26,890 bases of DNA from Nitrospinaceae bacterium (GTDB lineage: Bacteria; Nitrospinota; Nitrospinia; Nitrospinales; VA-1): NCBI GenBank assembly GCA_046754465.1, contig JBHHVU010000044.1, positions 1-26,890 of the forward strand, given 5' to 3'. The notes beneath the pieces were generated by a model. It saw only the letters and a program-made list of their open reading frames with translations. It did no database searches and was not told where the DNA came from. This document shows, one piece after another, positions 1-8,217 of the stretch. Numbering within the stretch: position 1 is the stretch's first letter; each line of letters starts with the position of its first letter. The position numbers and the translations under genes are program-made.

Positions 1-30
1 AATCCTGTCTAAAACAAAAAGAAAAAATCG

Positions 31-175
31 GACAGGATGTACAGGATTTCCAGGATGGTTTTAATTTGGTAAAGCAGATGCTTTACCCCTGATTTTAACA
101 TTCTGTAAGCGGTGGAATTTTGGGGGTTGCCTGCCTTGCCTTTGCATTTATCCTGTCGATCCTGTTAATCCTGTC
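31..175. repeat. Imperfect inverted-repeat element built from 9-bp-periodic CAGGAT/ATCCTG units (REP/MITE-like)
   Basis: GACAGGATGTACAGGATTTCCAGGAT (31-56) is the reverse complement of ATCCTGTCGATCCTGTTAATCCTGTC (150-175) at all three ATCCTG cores. There is an internal perfect 8-bp hairpin GGTAAAGC/GCTTTACC (68-87). AATCCTGTC at 1-9 looks like the end of a preceding copy. Confidence 0.7.
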
Positions 176-194
176 AAAAATATATTCCTTTTCT

Positions 195-222
195 TGTCAA
201 CCGTTTCCGCCGTCATGCGTTT
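195..222 (+). promoter_or_regulatory. Putative ECF sigma-dependent promoter
   Basis: TGTCAAC-N16-CGTTT matches the generic ECF -35 AAC / -10 CGT pattern. It lies about 50 bp upstream of the first gene of the ECF cluster. Confidence 0.55.
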
Positions 223-272
223 TCTCTATTAAAGGCGCCGGAATTCATTAAATCTTGACAAGGAGGAATATA

Positions 273-695
273 ATGATTCATAAACTTTCTGCCGTTGGAA
301 TCAGTATGGTTTGTTTTTTATACGTATCACCGGTTCTTGCCCATGGAGATGAGCCGGGGGACCGGGTCCAAAAATATCTGGATCGGAGAGGCGACCGGAT
401 CCAGGACCGCTTGGATCGGAGGGGCGACCGGATCCAGGATTATTTGGACCGGAGAGGCGACCGCATCAATGATCGGCTGGACCGCCTTTCCGACCGGGCG
501 CGGGAGCATGGAAAAGACCGACTGGCGGATCATTTGGACAAACGCGGGGATCGCATTGATGCCCGTTTGGACCGCCGGGGGGATCGCATCAACCACCGGT
601 TGGATCGGCGGGGGGACCGGATCAATCATCGGCTGGACCGGAGAGGGGCGCGGGCGCACCGGTTTATCGATCAGCATCGCGGAAGAGGGCGCTGA
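273..695 (+). CDS. Secreted protein with tandem 11-aa (L-D-R-R-G-D-R-I-x-x-R) repeats
   Basis: AGGAGG RBS at 261-266 precedes ATG 273. Sec signal peptide MIHKLSAVGISMVCFLYVSPVLA-H. The mature part is about 7 hendecad repeats and highly charged. Confidence 0.85.
   Translation: MIHKLSAVGISMVCFLYVSPVLAHGDEPGDRVQKYLDRRGDRIQDRLDRRGDRIQDYLDRRGDRINDRLDRLSDRAREHGKDRLADHLDKRGDRIDARLDRRGDRINHRLDRRGDRINHRLDRRGARAHRFIDQHRGRGR
357..648 (+). repeat. Coding tandem repeat, 33-bp unit in two blocks
   Basis: Units such as GGATCGGAGAGGCGACCGGATCCAGGACCGCTT start at 380, 413 and 446. A second block spans about 535-648. Variation is mostly synonymous or conservative in the 273-695 frame. Confidence 0.85.
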
Positions 696-803
696 TGCGT
701 GGGTCTGTGCAGTTTTATTAGCCAACAAACGGGAAGGGAGGGTCATTTGATTTCCAGAAACCCTCCCCTTGGAATGAGACCGATGGGATCATGATGGGAA
801 CCG

Positions 804-1355
804 ATGCGGGAGAGCCGCCGGACGATGGATGAATTTCTCAAGTCTGTTGAACGGCGCGCGTTCCGCATGGCCCAAATTGCCACCAGAAGTACGGAGGACG
901 CCTTGGATATTGTTCAGGACACGATGTTCATTTTGGTCCGGCGATACACGGAAAAATCCGCGGAGGAATGGAGGCCTCTGTTTTTCCGGATCCTGCAAAA
1001 CAAGATTCGGGACTGGCACCGCAGGCAAACGTTGCGCAACCGCTGGTTCATTCCCCTCCCTCACTTGTGGAAAGGGCGTGGTGAAGATTCGGAAAACACC
1101 GTGGAAACCCTGGCGGATCCCAAAGGGTCCAATCCAGGAGACCAGGTGGTTCTGAATGATTCGCTGACGGCCCTGGAGTCGGAGCTCCGTGCGTTGCCCT
1201 TGCGCCAGCAGCAGGCCTTCCTTTTGCGGGCCTGGGAAGGGTTGAGCGTTCGGGAAACGGCGGGGGCAATGAATTGTTCCGAGGGAACAGTAAAAACCCA
1301 TTATGCGCGGGCCATTCAGACCCTGCGTTCTAAATTGGAAGATCATGGGCCATGA
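804..1355 (+). CDS. ECF-type RNA polymerase sigma-70 factor
   Basis: Region 2 DALDIVQD...WRPLFFRILQNKIRDWHRR; region 4 LPLRQQQAFLLRAWEGLSVRETAGAMNCSEGTVKTHYARA. Alternative start at 825. Confidence 0.95.
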   Translation: MRESRRTMDEFLKSVERRAFRMAQIATRSTEDALDIVQDTMFILVRRYTEKSAEEWRPLFFRILQNKIRDWHRRQTLRNRWFIPLPHLWKGRGEDSENTVETLADPKGSNPGDQVVLNDSLTALESELRALPLRQQQAFLLRAWEGLSVRETAGAMNCSEGTVKTHYARAIQTLRSKLEDHGP

Positions 1356-1717
1356 AGGAAGAAGAACGGGTGAAATTATTTTTGCACAAGGCGAGGAAAA
1401 CCCTGGACTCGGGAACGGAGGGCATGGACGCTCAAACTCTGTCCCGATTGGCCAGCATCCGCCGCCGGGCTCTTCAGTCCGAGGAGTCCCTGCCTCTTTG
1501 GGAAAAATTCCGCAGAGGATTTCCCGTTCCCCTGACCGCGGTTACGGCGGCATCGGTGTTACTGGTGGCCGCCCTGATGTTTTTTTTCCGGGGAGATCCC
1601 GGTCCCCTCAATCAATTCCAGGATTTGGAGATCCTCGCCTCGGGCGACAACCTGGAATTTTATGAGGAACTGGATTTTTTTGCCTGGTTGGCCGAGGAAG
1701 AACCCAATGCCGGCTAA
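1352..1717 (+). CDS. Putative single-pass anti-sigma factor (DUF3619-like)
   Basis: ATGA overlap with the sigma gene. N-terminal TLSRLASIRRRAL helix, one TM segment (AVTAASVLLVAALMFFF) and acidic tail LEFYEELDFFAWL. Confidence 0.8.
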   Translation: MKEEERVKLFLHKARKTLDSGTEGMDAQTLSRLASIRRRALQSEESLPLWEKFRRGFPVPLTAVTAASVLLVAALMFFFRGDPGPLNQFQDLEILASGDNLEFYEELDFFAWLAEEEPNAG

Positions 1718-1967
1718 ACGCCTTTTCATTGGAATGATGGTTTTACTGGGCATGGTTCCGGGGACTGTGCATGCGGACGATCTAGATGGCGCGGCCCAGG
1801 TGGAAACGGAGCAGGCAAAAGTCAATGTCGAGGTGGAGGCGCCGTCGTTGGAGATGTTGGAATTTTTAGGACAATGGGAGACCGGGGACGGGGATTGGAT
1901 CGATCCGGCGGAATTGGAAACGATGAAGATCCCCGAGGAGAAGCCCAAGGATAAGGATGATGAATAA
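1707..1967 (+). CDS. Small acidic exported protein of the ECF operon
   Basis: GAGG RBS; ATG 1707 overlaps the previous gene. Signal peptide ends VHA-D. Core PSLEMLEFLGQWETGDGDWIDP. Confidence 0.75.
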   Translation: MPAKRLFIGMMVLLGMVPGTVHADDLDGAAQVETEQAKVNVEVEAPSLEMLEFLGQWETGDGDWIDPAELETMKIPEEKPKDKDDE

Positions 1968-2529
1968 GATAATTCCAGGCTTACGGTTGTTAGTGATCGC
2001 CGCCGCGTTGGTGTTTGGGATTCCTGCCACGGGCATGGCCGGCAATGGGGCAATCTCTTGGGACCAACTCAGTCCCGATGAAAGGAAGGTCCTTAAGCCC
2101 TACGCTCAGCAATGGAATCAGCTTTCCACCGGGCAGCGGACGCGCTTGAAGAAAGGGGCGGGCCGGTGGGCCCGGATGAGCCCCCAACAGCGCCGGATTG
2201 TAAAAAAGAGGTTCGCCGACTGGCAAAAGATGACGCCGGAGCGGCGGGAGCGCATTCGCGCCAGATTCGAAAGATTTAAAAAACTGCCGCCGGACGAAAA
2301 AAGAAAGCTGCGGCGGGCGCGGCATTGGTACAAAAGTTTGCATCGGGAACAGCGGAAAAAATTGCGGGAACGCTTTCGCGGCCTGCCGAAAGAGGACCGG
2401 CCCGTCATTCGGGAACAAATCCGTGAACTGTCCCGGGAAACACGGGACGCCGTCCGGGAAATAAGAAAAGAAAATCGCCGCATCCGGCCCTCTAAAATTC
2501 CCGTGCCGCGTCACGGGGCCATTGATTGA
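1957..2529 (+). CDS. DUF3106-like exported basic helical-repeat protein
   Basis: Signal peptide, then repeated W/F-x-x-L/M-S/T/P-P-x-x-R/K units (WDQLSPDERK, WARMSPQQR, WQKMTPERR, FKKLPPDEK). Overlaps the upstream gene. Confidence 0.8.
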   Translation: MMNKIIPGLRLLVIAAALVFGIPATGMAGNGAISWDQLSPDERKVLKPYAQQWNQLSTGQRTRLKKGAGRWARMSPQQRRIVKKRFADWQKMTPERRERIRARFERFKKLPPDEKRKLRRARHWYKSLHREQRKKLRERFRGLPKEDRPVIREQIRELSRETRDAVREIRKENRRIRPSKIPVPRHGAID

Positions 2530-2589
2530 AGGCAGCGCCTCGCCGGAAACTCTCGGTCCTCTCCAGGATTCTTCTCCCCCTCAGCCCGG

Positions 2590-5500
2590 TCAGGAGCCGG
2601 CGGGACCGGCTTTGCTTTGCGCGGTTTGCCTCTGGTTCCGGCGCTGGATCCTGTATTCGCGGTTGGCCAGAAAGGGATGTTTGATGGACGTTGTTTCTCC
2701 CGTGGACCAGCGGATATCGACCCGGTGAATCGTTTCGTAAAGTCCCAGCCCGAAATGAGCCACCGGAGCGTCGTAGGAATGAAAACCCCCGCCGGCCTTG
2801 ATTTCCCGGACTTGCCGGCGCCCGCCTCCCGGTCCGTAATGGATCACGATTTTACATCCCACGCAAAACCGGTTGCCCCGGTTATCCCTCAGTAAAAAAG
2901 TAACGCTGTTCCTTTTCGCTTCATTATTTATATAGACCTTGAAGGGGCCGTAGAGCGTGTTGGTGATGATATCGAGGTCTCCGTCGTTGTCGATATCCAG
3001 GTAAGTATAAGAGGAACTGTGGTCGAGGTCGTCCAATCCGAATACCGCTTCGTCGGATGAAAACTGTTTTCCCTCCTGGTTATGGAAGAACTTGTTGGGG
3101 GCGAATTCCTGGGTGATCAGAACGCCATTGACCACGAACAGATCCTGCCATTCATCATTGTCCAGGTCCGCGAACTTGGCGTTCCAGCTCCATTCCGCAG
3201 TGGTGACGCCGGCGTGTTTGGACACATCCATGAACACGTGGTCCTTTTCTCCGGCGAGCAGAATATTGGAAAGGGACCGTTGAGGAATTTCCTCCTCCAT
3301 CGGAGCTTCCATTCGTTTGGCCAGAAAATATTTAAGGCAGATTTTCCGCGCCAGGGGGTGATCCCGGGAAATCTTTTCGCACAAGGATGAATCATTTTTT
3401 CGCGCCGCCAGCAGGGCCATCCTCGTCACCATGCATTCCCGGACCGCCCGGAGGCGGGTGAGGGTGTAGCACCTTTCCGAGGTGTCCTGTTTTTCCGGGT
3501 TTAAAAGGGTCACCAGTTGGATCAGTTCCCGGCACCGTTCCGGGCCGAGGACACTGATTCCGGAATCGCAGAACGCCTTCCCCCTATCTTTCATGTCTTT
3601 CCCGAAGATGTTGGAAACCACATCGATTCCCCGGCTGAACCCGATATTGGCCAGGTAGATATCCGGGATCAGGTCGTTGTTGAAATCACCGGTATCCATG
3701 CTCATGGTATTTTCCGTGGTCCGGGGAATGACCTGGTCCCGGCGGATGATTTTCCTGAATCCACCTTTCCCGTCACCCAGAAAGTATGAGTCGGGTACCA
3801 GGTAATCGTTGCCGATCATGAGGTCGGGCGCCCCGTCGTCATTGATGTCCGATATCAGCGAGGTTTGAGTTTGGCCGGGGACGCCATCGAGATCGGTGAC
3901 CTCGAACTGGAGTCCCCGATTGATCAGAATTCGATCGGTGGCGGTGTCCATGGGAGTCCGGGTCAATATTCCCAGAAAATAATTTCCGTTGACGATGTCG
4001 AGGAAACCGTCCCCGTTGATATCCCCGAATGCCGAGGAGTTGGTGAGGAGGGCCCGGTTTTTCGGGAGGGGAACGAGATGAGGATCCTTGGATTCCGTGC
4101 GGGGGTTGAGGATCAGAAAATTGCCATGATCGAACGTGCTGATAAAGATATCGAGCAGGCCGTCATTGTTCATGTCCACCATGGCGAGGTTGATCCCCTG
4201 GTCCGGCAGCGTCTCCGTTCCGGGAAATCGCAGGGGTTTGAAGGTTTTTCCGTCGATGTTCTGGTACAGTTCCATCCCGTCCCGGGTGGCGGCGGCGAGG
4301 TCGGTCCACCCGTCCCCGTTGAAATCGCCGGAGGCGATTCCCCTGCCGAAGAAGAGGGGATCGAAAAATCCCGCGGGGGTCAGCGTGTTGCTATAAGTGA
4401 TCCCGAATTCCGGTCCGGTGAATTTAGTGAAGGGCTTGCCTTTGGAGGAATTGCGCGGTCGGTGGGGAATGGATTGAATGAATACTTCGGCCGATTCCCA
4501 GAAGGGTTGAGGGCGGCGCGCCGCGGTGGGAAAAAAATCCGAAGCGATGGATGCCGTCCTGATGACGGGGGAGGGCGGTGAAATGTCGGTTTCCAATGAC
4601 ACGCCGGGACCGGTTCCCACGATCTCGTCGTAGCTTTCCAGCCACTGGACGTACCGGTGTTCGGAGTAGGAATTGGCGATATAGCCCAATCCCGCGCCAG
4701 CTAGAAAAACGATGGCGAACAGTTTGAACGCCAGGCCTGGAGAAAAGGTCCGGTAAACGATCATGGCCGAATAAATGCTGAAGGTTCCCAGGGTGAAGAG
4801 CAGGGTCATGATAAAACCATCGGCCAGGCCCGACATCATCAACGCCTGGGCGAGCATCAGGTCGAAGGCGATGGGCAACGGGAGAAAGGTTCCCATGATG
4901 GAAATCAGGCCGAGGTTGACCCAGTTCACATCCACGCCGATGAGACGTTCAAAGTTCCACAGGTGACTAAGGAGAGCGCCAAGAAATCCCGCCAGAAGCA
5001 TCAAGGGAACCGTGCGGACTACGATATAACGGAAGTTTTTCCAATAATCCCGCCCGGATCCTTTCAAGGCGGATGTCCAGGGCTCGCGTCCGGAGCCCGG
5101 GTCATGGACCGGGGTTTCCGGGACCGGACACGCGGCGGATTCCGGCGCGGCCGGTTTTTTTTCGGAAATGAGTGGAACGATCAACAGGACCAGAACGAAT
5201 GTAGCGCCCAGTTTCATGATCGCCATGTAAAAGGGAAAAATCGTGAACAGCATGGTGAGAACCACGATGTTCAGGGTGGGGGAACTGAACATGACGGCGA
5301 GGGCGGTCTCCATTCGGCTGCCTGCCTCATAAAGTCCCTTGGCGATGGGGGCGACGCAATTCACGCATACCCCCAGGGGCGTGCCGACGAACATGCCGAG
5401 GAAGCTGTTCCTGAACCGCCGGTTGCCCGGCTTTTTAGGCAGATAACCCAACAGCGTCAGGAACCCCCCGGCAAGAAAAAGCCCAAACACCATTCCCCGC

Positions 5501-5727
5501 CAGTTGGTTTCGTACCAGTTGAGAGTCGTGTAAAACACGCGGGTTGGGAGGGAGGCATTTTCCGGAATCCGGAAGTGAGGCTGGTTGGTCAGGGGGTCCC
5601 CAAACGCGGCCGTTCCCGATAGGGCCGCCTTGCTACCCAGGGCCGGATACCGCGAGACCATCCAGAAGCTGATGATCACCCCGGCCACGAAAACCAATAC
5701 CAGGAAGAGACGCCGATTTGTTCCCAT
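2590..5727 (-). CDS. Fusion of a DUF318/ArsP-like permease (N-term) and a CRTAC1/ASPIC-UnbV FG-GAP/VCBS beta-propeller (C-term)
   Basis: Multi-TM N-terminal ~350 aa with GTPLGVCVNC...LAVMFSSPTLN. Seven D-x-D/N-x-D-type loops (GDFNGDG, VDMNNDG, GDINGDG, SDINDDG, GDFNNDL, ADLDNDE, LDIDNDG). C-terminal ASPIC/UnbV signature QVREIKAGGGFHSYDAPVAHFGLG. Confidence 0.85.
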   Translation of the reverse strand: MGTNRRLFLVLVFVAGVIISFWMVSRYPALGSKAALSGTAAFGDPLTNQPHFRIPENASLPTRVFYTTLNWYETNWRGMVFGLFLAGGFLTLLGYLPKKPGNRRFRNSFLGMFVGTPLGVCVNCVAPIAKGLYEAGSRMETALAVMFSSPTLNIVVLTMLFTIFPFYMAIMKLGATFVLVLLIVPLISEKKPAAPESAACPVPETPVHDPGSGREPWTSALKGSGRDYWKNFRYIVVRTVPLMLLAGFLGALLSHLWNFERLIGVDVNWVNLGLISIMGTFLPLPIAFDLMLAQALMMSGLADGFIMTLLFTLGTFSIYSAMIVYRTFSPGLAFKLFAIVFLAGAGLGYIANSYSEHRYVQWLESYDEIVGTGPGVSLETDISPPSPVIRTASIASDFFPTAARRPQPFWESAEVFIQSIPHRPRNSSKGKPFTKFTGPEFGITYSNTLTPAGFFDPLFFGRGIASGDFNGDGWTDLAAATRDGMELYQNIDGKTFKPLRFPGTETLPDQGINLAMVDMNNDGLLDIFISTFDHGNFLILNPRTESKDPHLVPLPKNRALLTNSSAFGDINGDGFLDIVNGNYFLGILTRTPMDTATDRILINRGLQFEVTDLDGVPGQTQTSLISDINDDGAPDLMIGNDYLVPDSYFLGDGKGGFRKIIRRDQVIPRTTENTMSMDTGDFNNDLIPDIYLANIGFSRGIDVVSNIFGKDMKDRGKAFCDSGISVLGPERCRELIQLVTLLNPEKQDTSERCYTLTRLRAVRECMVTRMALLAARKNDSSLCEKISRDHPLARKICLKYFLAKRMEAPMEEEIPQRSLSNILLAGEKDHVFMDVSKHAGVTTAEWSWNAKFADLDNDEWQDLFVVNGVLITQEFAPNKFFHNQEGKQFSSDEAVFGLDDLDHSSSYTYLDIDNDGDLDIITNTLYGPFKVYINNEAKRNSVTFLLRDNRGNRFCVGCKIVIHYGPGGGRRQVREIKAGGGFHSYDAPVAHFGLGLYETIHRVDIRWSTGETTSIKHPFLANREYRIQRRNQRQTAQSKAGPAGS

Positions 5728-5816
5728 AAACCGTTGTTAGATTAAAACCTTTGAATTTTCCGTTTCGTATTATAGACAGGAACGAAGCAAAATCCCAAGG
5801 GCAAAGAAAAATACAC

Positions 5817-5845
5817 TTGCCGTCTGAGAAAAACTACATTAACAT
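5817..5845 (+). promoter_or_regulatory. Putative sigma70 promoter for the HDOD gene
   Basis: TTGCCG-N17-TAACAT. A divergent TATAAT on the minus strand (5769-5774) lies upstream of the permease fusion. Confidence 0.4.
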
Positions 5846-5905
5846 AAAATGAAAATTTTACGGGAAAGATGGGGTGGTACCACGCCGATTTCAGGGGCAG
5901 GAAAG

Positions 5906-6769
5906 ATGGAACTCGAAGAAGGAAAGAAAGCTGTCGAATCGCGGATAACCGATCTCGTGGGAGGGCTGCTGGCTTCTCCGCCGATCATTTATTACAAACT
6001 CCATCAAGCCCTGAGGGATCCGGACACTTCGTTCGAGGATTTCGCCCGGATCATCTCGTTGGATCCAGGTCTGGCGGCCCGCCTGATGCAACTGGTCAAC
6101 AGTCCTTTTTACGGGCTGTCCACCCGGGTGGACAATCTTTCCCAAGCCATCAGCATCGTTGGCGTGGAGCAATTGATGGAACTGGCCCTGGCCACCGAGA
6201 TCGTGGGTAAATTCAAGGGAATTCCCAAGGAACTGGCCGATATGGAAGCGTTCTGGGTGCACAGCGTGGCGTGCGGTCTGGGCGCTAGAACCATCGCTGC
6301 GGACAGGGGGGCGTCGCTTTTGGAAAGCTATTACCTGGCCGGGATGCTGCACGATATCGGCAGTCTCATCATTTTTAAGGAGATCCCCCAGGAAGCCCGG
6401 CAGGTCATTTCCCGGTGCCTTGCCACCGGAGCGCATTTATCGGAAAAGGAGACGGAAATTCTCGGGTTCAATCACAACGATGTGGGACGGGTATTGCTTG
6501 AAAAATGGAAATTGCCGGAGAGGCTGGTGGAGGCGGTGTATTTTCATCATCATCCCCTGGAGGCCAGGAAATATCCGTTGGAGACAGCTATTATTCATGT
6601 CGCGGACATCCTCGCCTATGATATGCGGTTAGGTTACAGTGGAGAACCGTTTGTTCCTCCCTTGAGTCCAAAAATTCTGGAGCTTTTGGGTTTGATGGAA
6701 AATTCGGTTAAAGAGATTCGCCGGACGGTGCAAAAACAGGTCAATGAATTGGAAGGGATATTTTATTAA
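5906..6769 (+). CDS. HDOD domain-containing protein
   Basis: DPGLAARLMQLVNSPFYG, FWVHSVACG, AGMLHDIG, WKLPERLVEAVYFHHHP. ATG 5906 (after AGGA) is preferred over 5849. Confidence 0.92.
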   Translation: MELEEGKKAVESRITDLVGGLLASPPIIYYKLHQALRDPDTSFEDFARIISLDPGLAARLMQLVNSPFYGLSTRVDNLSQAISIVGVEQLMELALATEIVGKFKGIPKELADMEAFWVHSVACGLGARTIAADRGASLLESYYLAGMLHDIGSLIIFKEIPQEARQVISRCLATGAHLSEKETEILGFNHNDVGRVLLEKWKLPERLVEAVYFHHHPLEARKYPLETAIIHVADILAYDMRLGYSGEPFVPPLSPKILELLGLMENSVKEIRRTVQKQVNELEGIFY

Positions 6770-7086
6770 ATCCGTTCCGGGTGCCAGAACCCGTACCGCA
6801 TGTTGAGCGGCTTCGGGAGTTTTCACCTTTAATTATTGGAGTTTTATGCCGGTCCAACGGTGGTGAGGTTGCAAAATTACCCACAAGTCCTATATTTTTC
6901 GGAAGGCTTCATTTTTTTTCCATTAATAATATTATCCCAAGAGTTAATCGCGTTGCCCTGTTTTACAGGAATCCCTCATTTGTTCCTGAACATCTTAATG
7001 GATGTGCTCTGGATTTTTTTTTGGGGGACTTCGAACCCCGGAGCGAATAATAACCCGGTCCCGCCTGAATCAAAGGTTTTTGTCCC

Positions 7087-8217
7087 ATGTCTCCCCACTC
7101 CGCGTTAGGCATCAAGCGAATATTCTCCTACGAATTCGTAGTGGATTTTTTTGACCGCACCCGCGAGTTCTACGTCGAAAAGATGGGATTCGCGGAGTCC
7201 CACCGTTCCACCCCGGACTGGGAGCGCAAGTTCAAGAGTAAGGGAATCTATTTCAGCGCCAACGAGGTCAAGGTTCTGGTCACTTCACCTCTCTCGTCCC
7301 ACAGCTATACCGCCCAGTATCTGAAATTGTTGTGTCCGGGAATCCGCAGGGTGACGTTCCAGGTGGACCACCTGGAGACGGCCCTGACCTATTTGAAAGA
7401 CCACCATGCCACTTTTATCCATAAAGAAAAGGAAATCCGGGAGGGCCATACCGTCCACCGGTTCATCACCATCGCCACTCCCATCGGGTTTCTCGAGTTC
7501 ACCTTTTTAGAGATCGATGGCGATGAAAACGAGATTCCCATGTTCGAAACTGCCGGGACCGGGGCAGGAGCGTTCCCTCCGTTTCAACAGATCGATCATA
7601 TGACCATCAACGCCCGAACGATGTATCCCATCTGTAATTTTTTGGAGCATGTGATGGGTTTCGAGGAATTCTGGAAAGTGGCGTTTCACACCCCCGATTA
7701 TAAATCCGGTAAAAAGGGAACGGGATTATCCTCCCGGGTAATGTGGGATCCGGCTTCACGGATCAAGTTCGCCACCAACGAACCCCTTTATCCTCATTTC
7801 AACCAATCGCAGATCCAAACCTTTATCGACCGGAACCACGGGGCGGGCATTCAGCACGTGGCCTTCCGGGTCGAGGACCTGATCGATACCGTGCGGACCC
7901 TGCGTCACCAGGGTATCGGGTTTCTGGATACCCCCGATGCCTATTACGATTTACTGCCTGGGCGCATGAAAAAGGCGAACATCGGCCCCTTGCGGGAGGA
8001 TCGGGACGACCTGAAACGCGAGCGGATTCTGGTGGATGGAAAGGATGGAAATTACCTGTTGCAGATTTTCCTGAAAGACGCGTCGCTTTTGTATCATGAA
8101 GACAACGCGGGACCGTTTTTCTATGAAATCATCCAGCGTCGGGGGCACGAAGGGTTTGGCGAAGGAAATTTCCGGGCCTTGTTCGAAGCGATTGAATTCC
8201 AAGAAGCTCAACCGTGA
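7087..8217 (+). CDS. hppD: 4-hydroxyphenylpyruvate dioxygenase
   Basis: Two VOC domains. Fe-ligand motifs IDHMT, GAGIQHVAF and FFYEIIQR; YLLQIF; C-terminal GFGEGNFRALFEAIE. Confidence 0.93.
   Translation: MSPHSALGIKRIFSYEFVVDFFDRTREFYVEKMGFAESHRSTPDWERKFKSKGIYFSANEVKVLVTSPLSSHSYTAQYLKLLCPGIRRVTFQVDHLETALTYLKDHHATFIHKEKEIREGHTVHRFITIATPIGFLEFTFLEIDGDENEIPMFETAGTGAGAFPPFQQIDHMTINARTMYPICNFLEHVMGFEEFWKVAFHTPDYKSGKKGTGLSSRVMWDPASRIKFATNEPLYPHFNQSQIQTFIDRNHGAGIQHVAFRVEDLIDTVRTLRHQGIGFLDTPDAYYDLLPGRMKKANIGPLREDRDDLKRERILVDGKDGNYLLQIFLKDASLLYHEDNAGPFFYEIIQRRGHEGFGEGNFRALFEAIEFQEAQP

Noticed and set aside
385..625. Six RGD tripeptides in the repeat protein, in a window that also has two integrin-like propellers
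   Set aside because: RGD arises from the R/G/D-rich helical repeat. Integrin recognition needs a loop-displayed RGD and a beta-subunit MIDAS site, and nothing here supports that.
357..648. 33-bp repeats as a possible CRISPR array
   Set aside because: The units are contiguous with no unique spacers, the period is a multiple of 3, and variation preserves the protein repeat. No cas genes are present.
295..750. Overlapping ORFs 295-750 (+) and 327-746 (-)
   Set aside because: These are shadow frames kept open by the tandem repeat. Only the 273-695 frame has a strong RBS and a signal peptide.
7014..7040. GGGGTTCGAAGTCCCC on the minus strand resembling a tRNA T-arm or terminator
   Set aside because: The loop is 8 nt and no acceptor, D or anticodon arms are evident. 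The T-run is on the wrong side for an intrinsic terminator.
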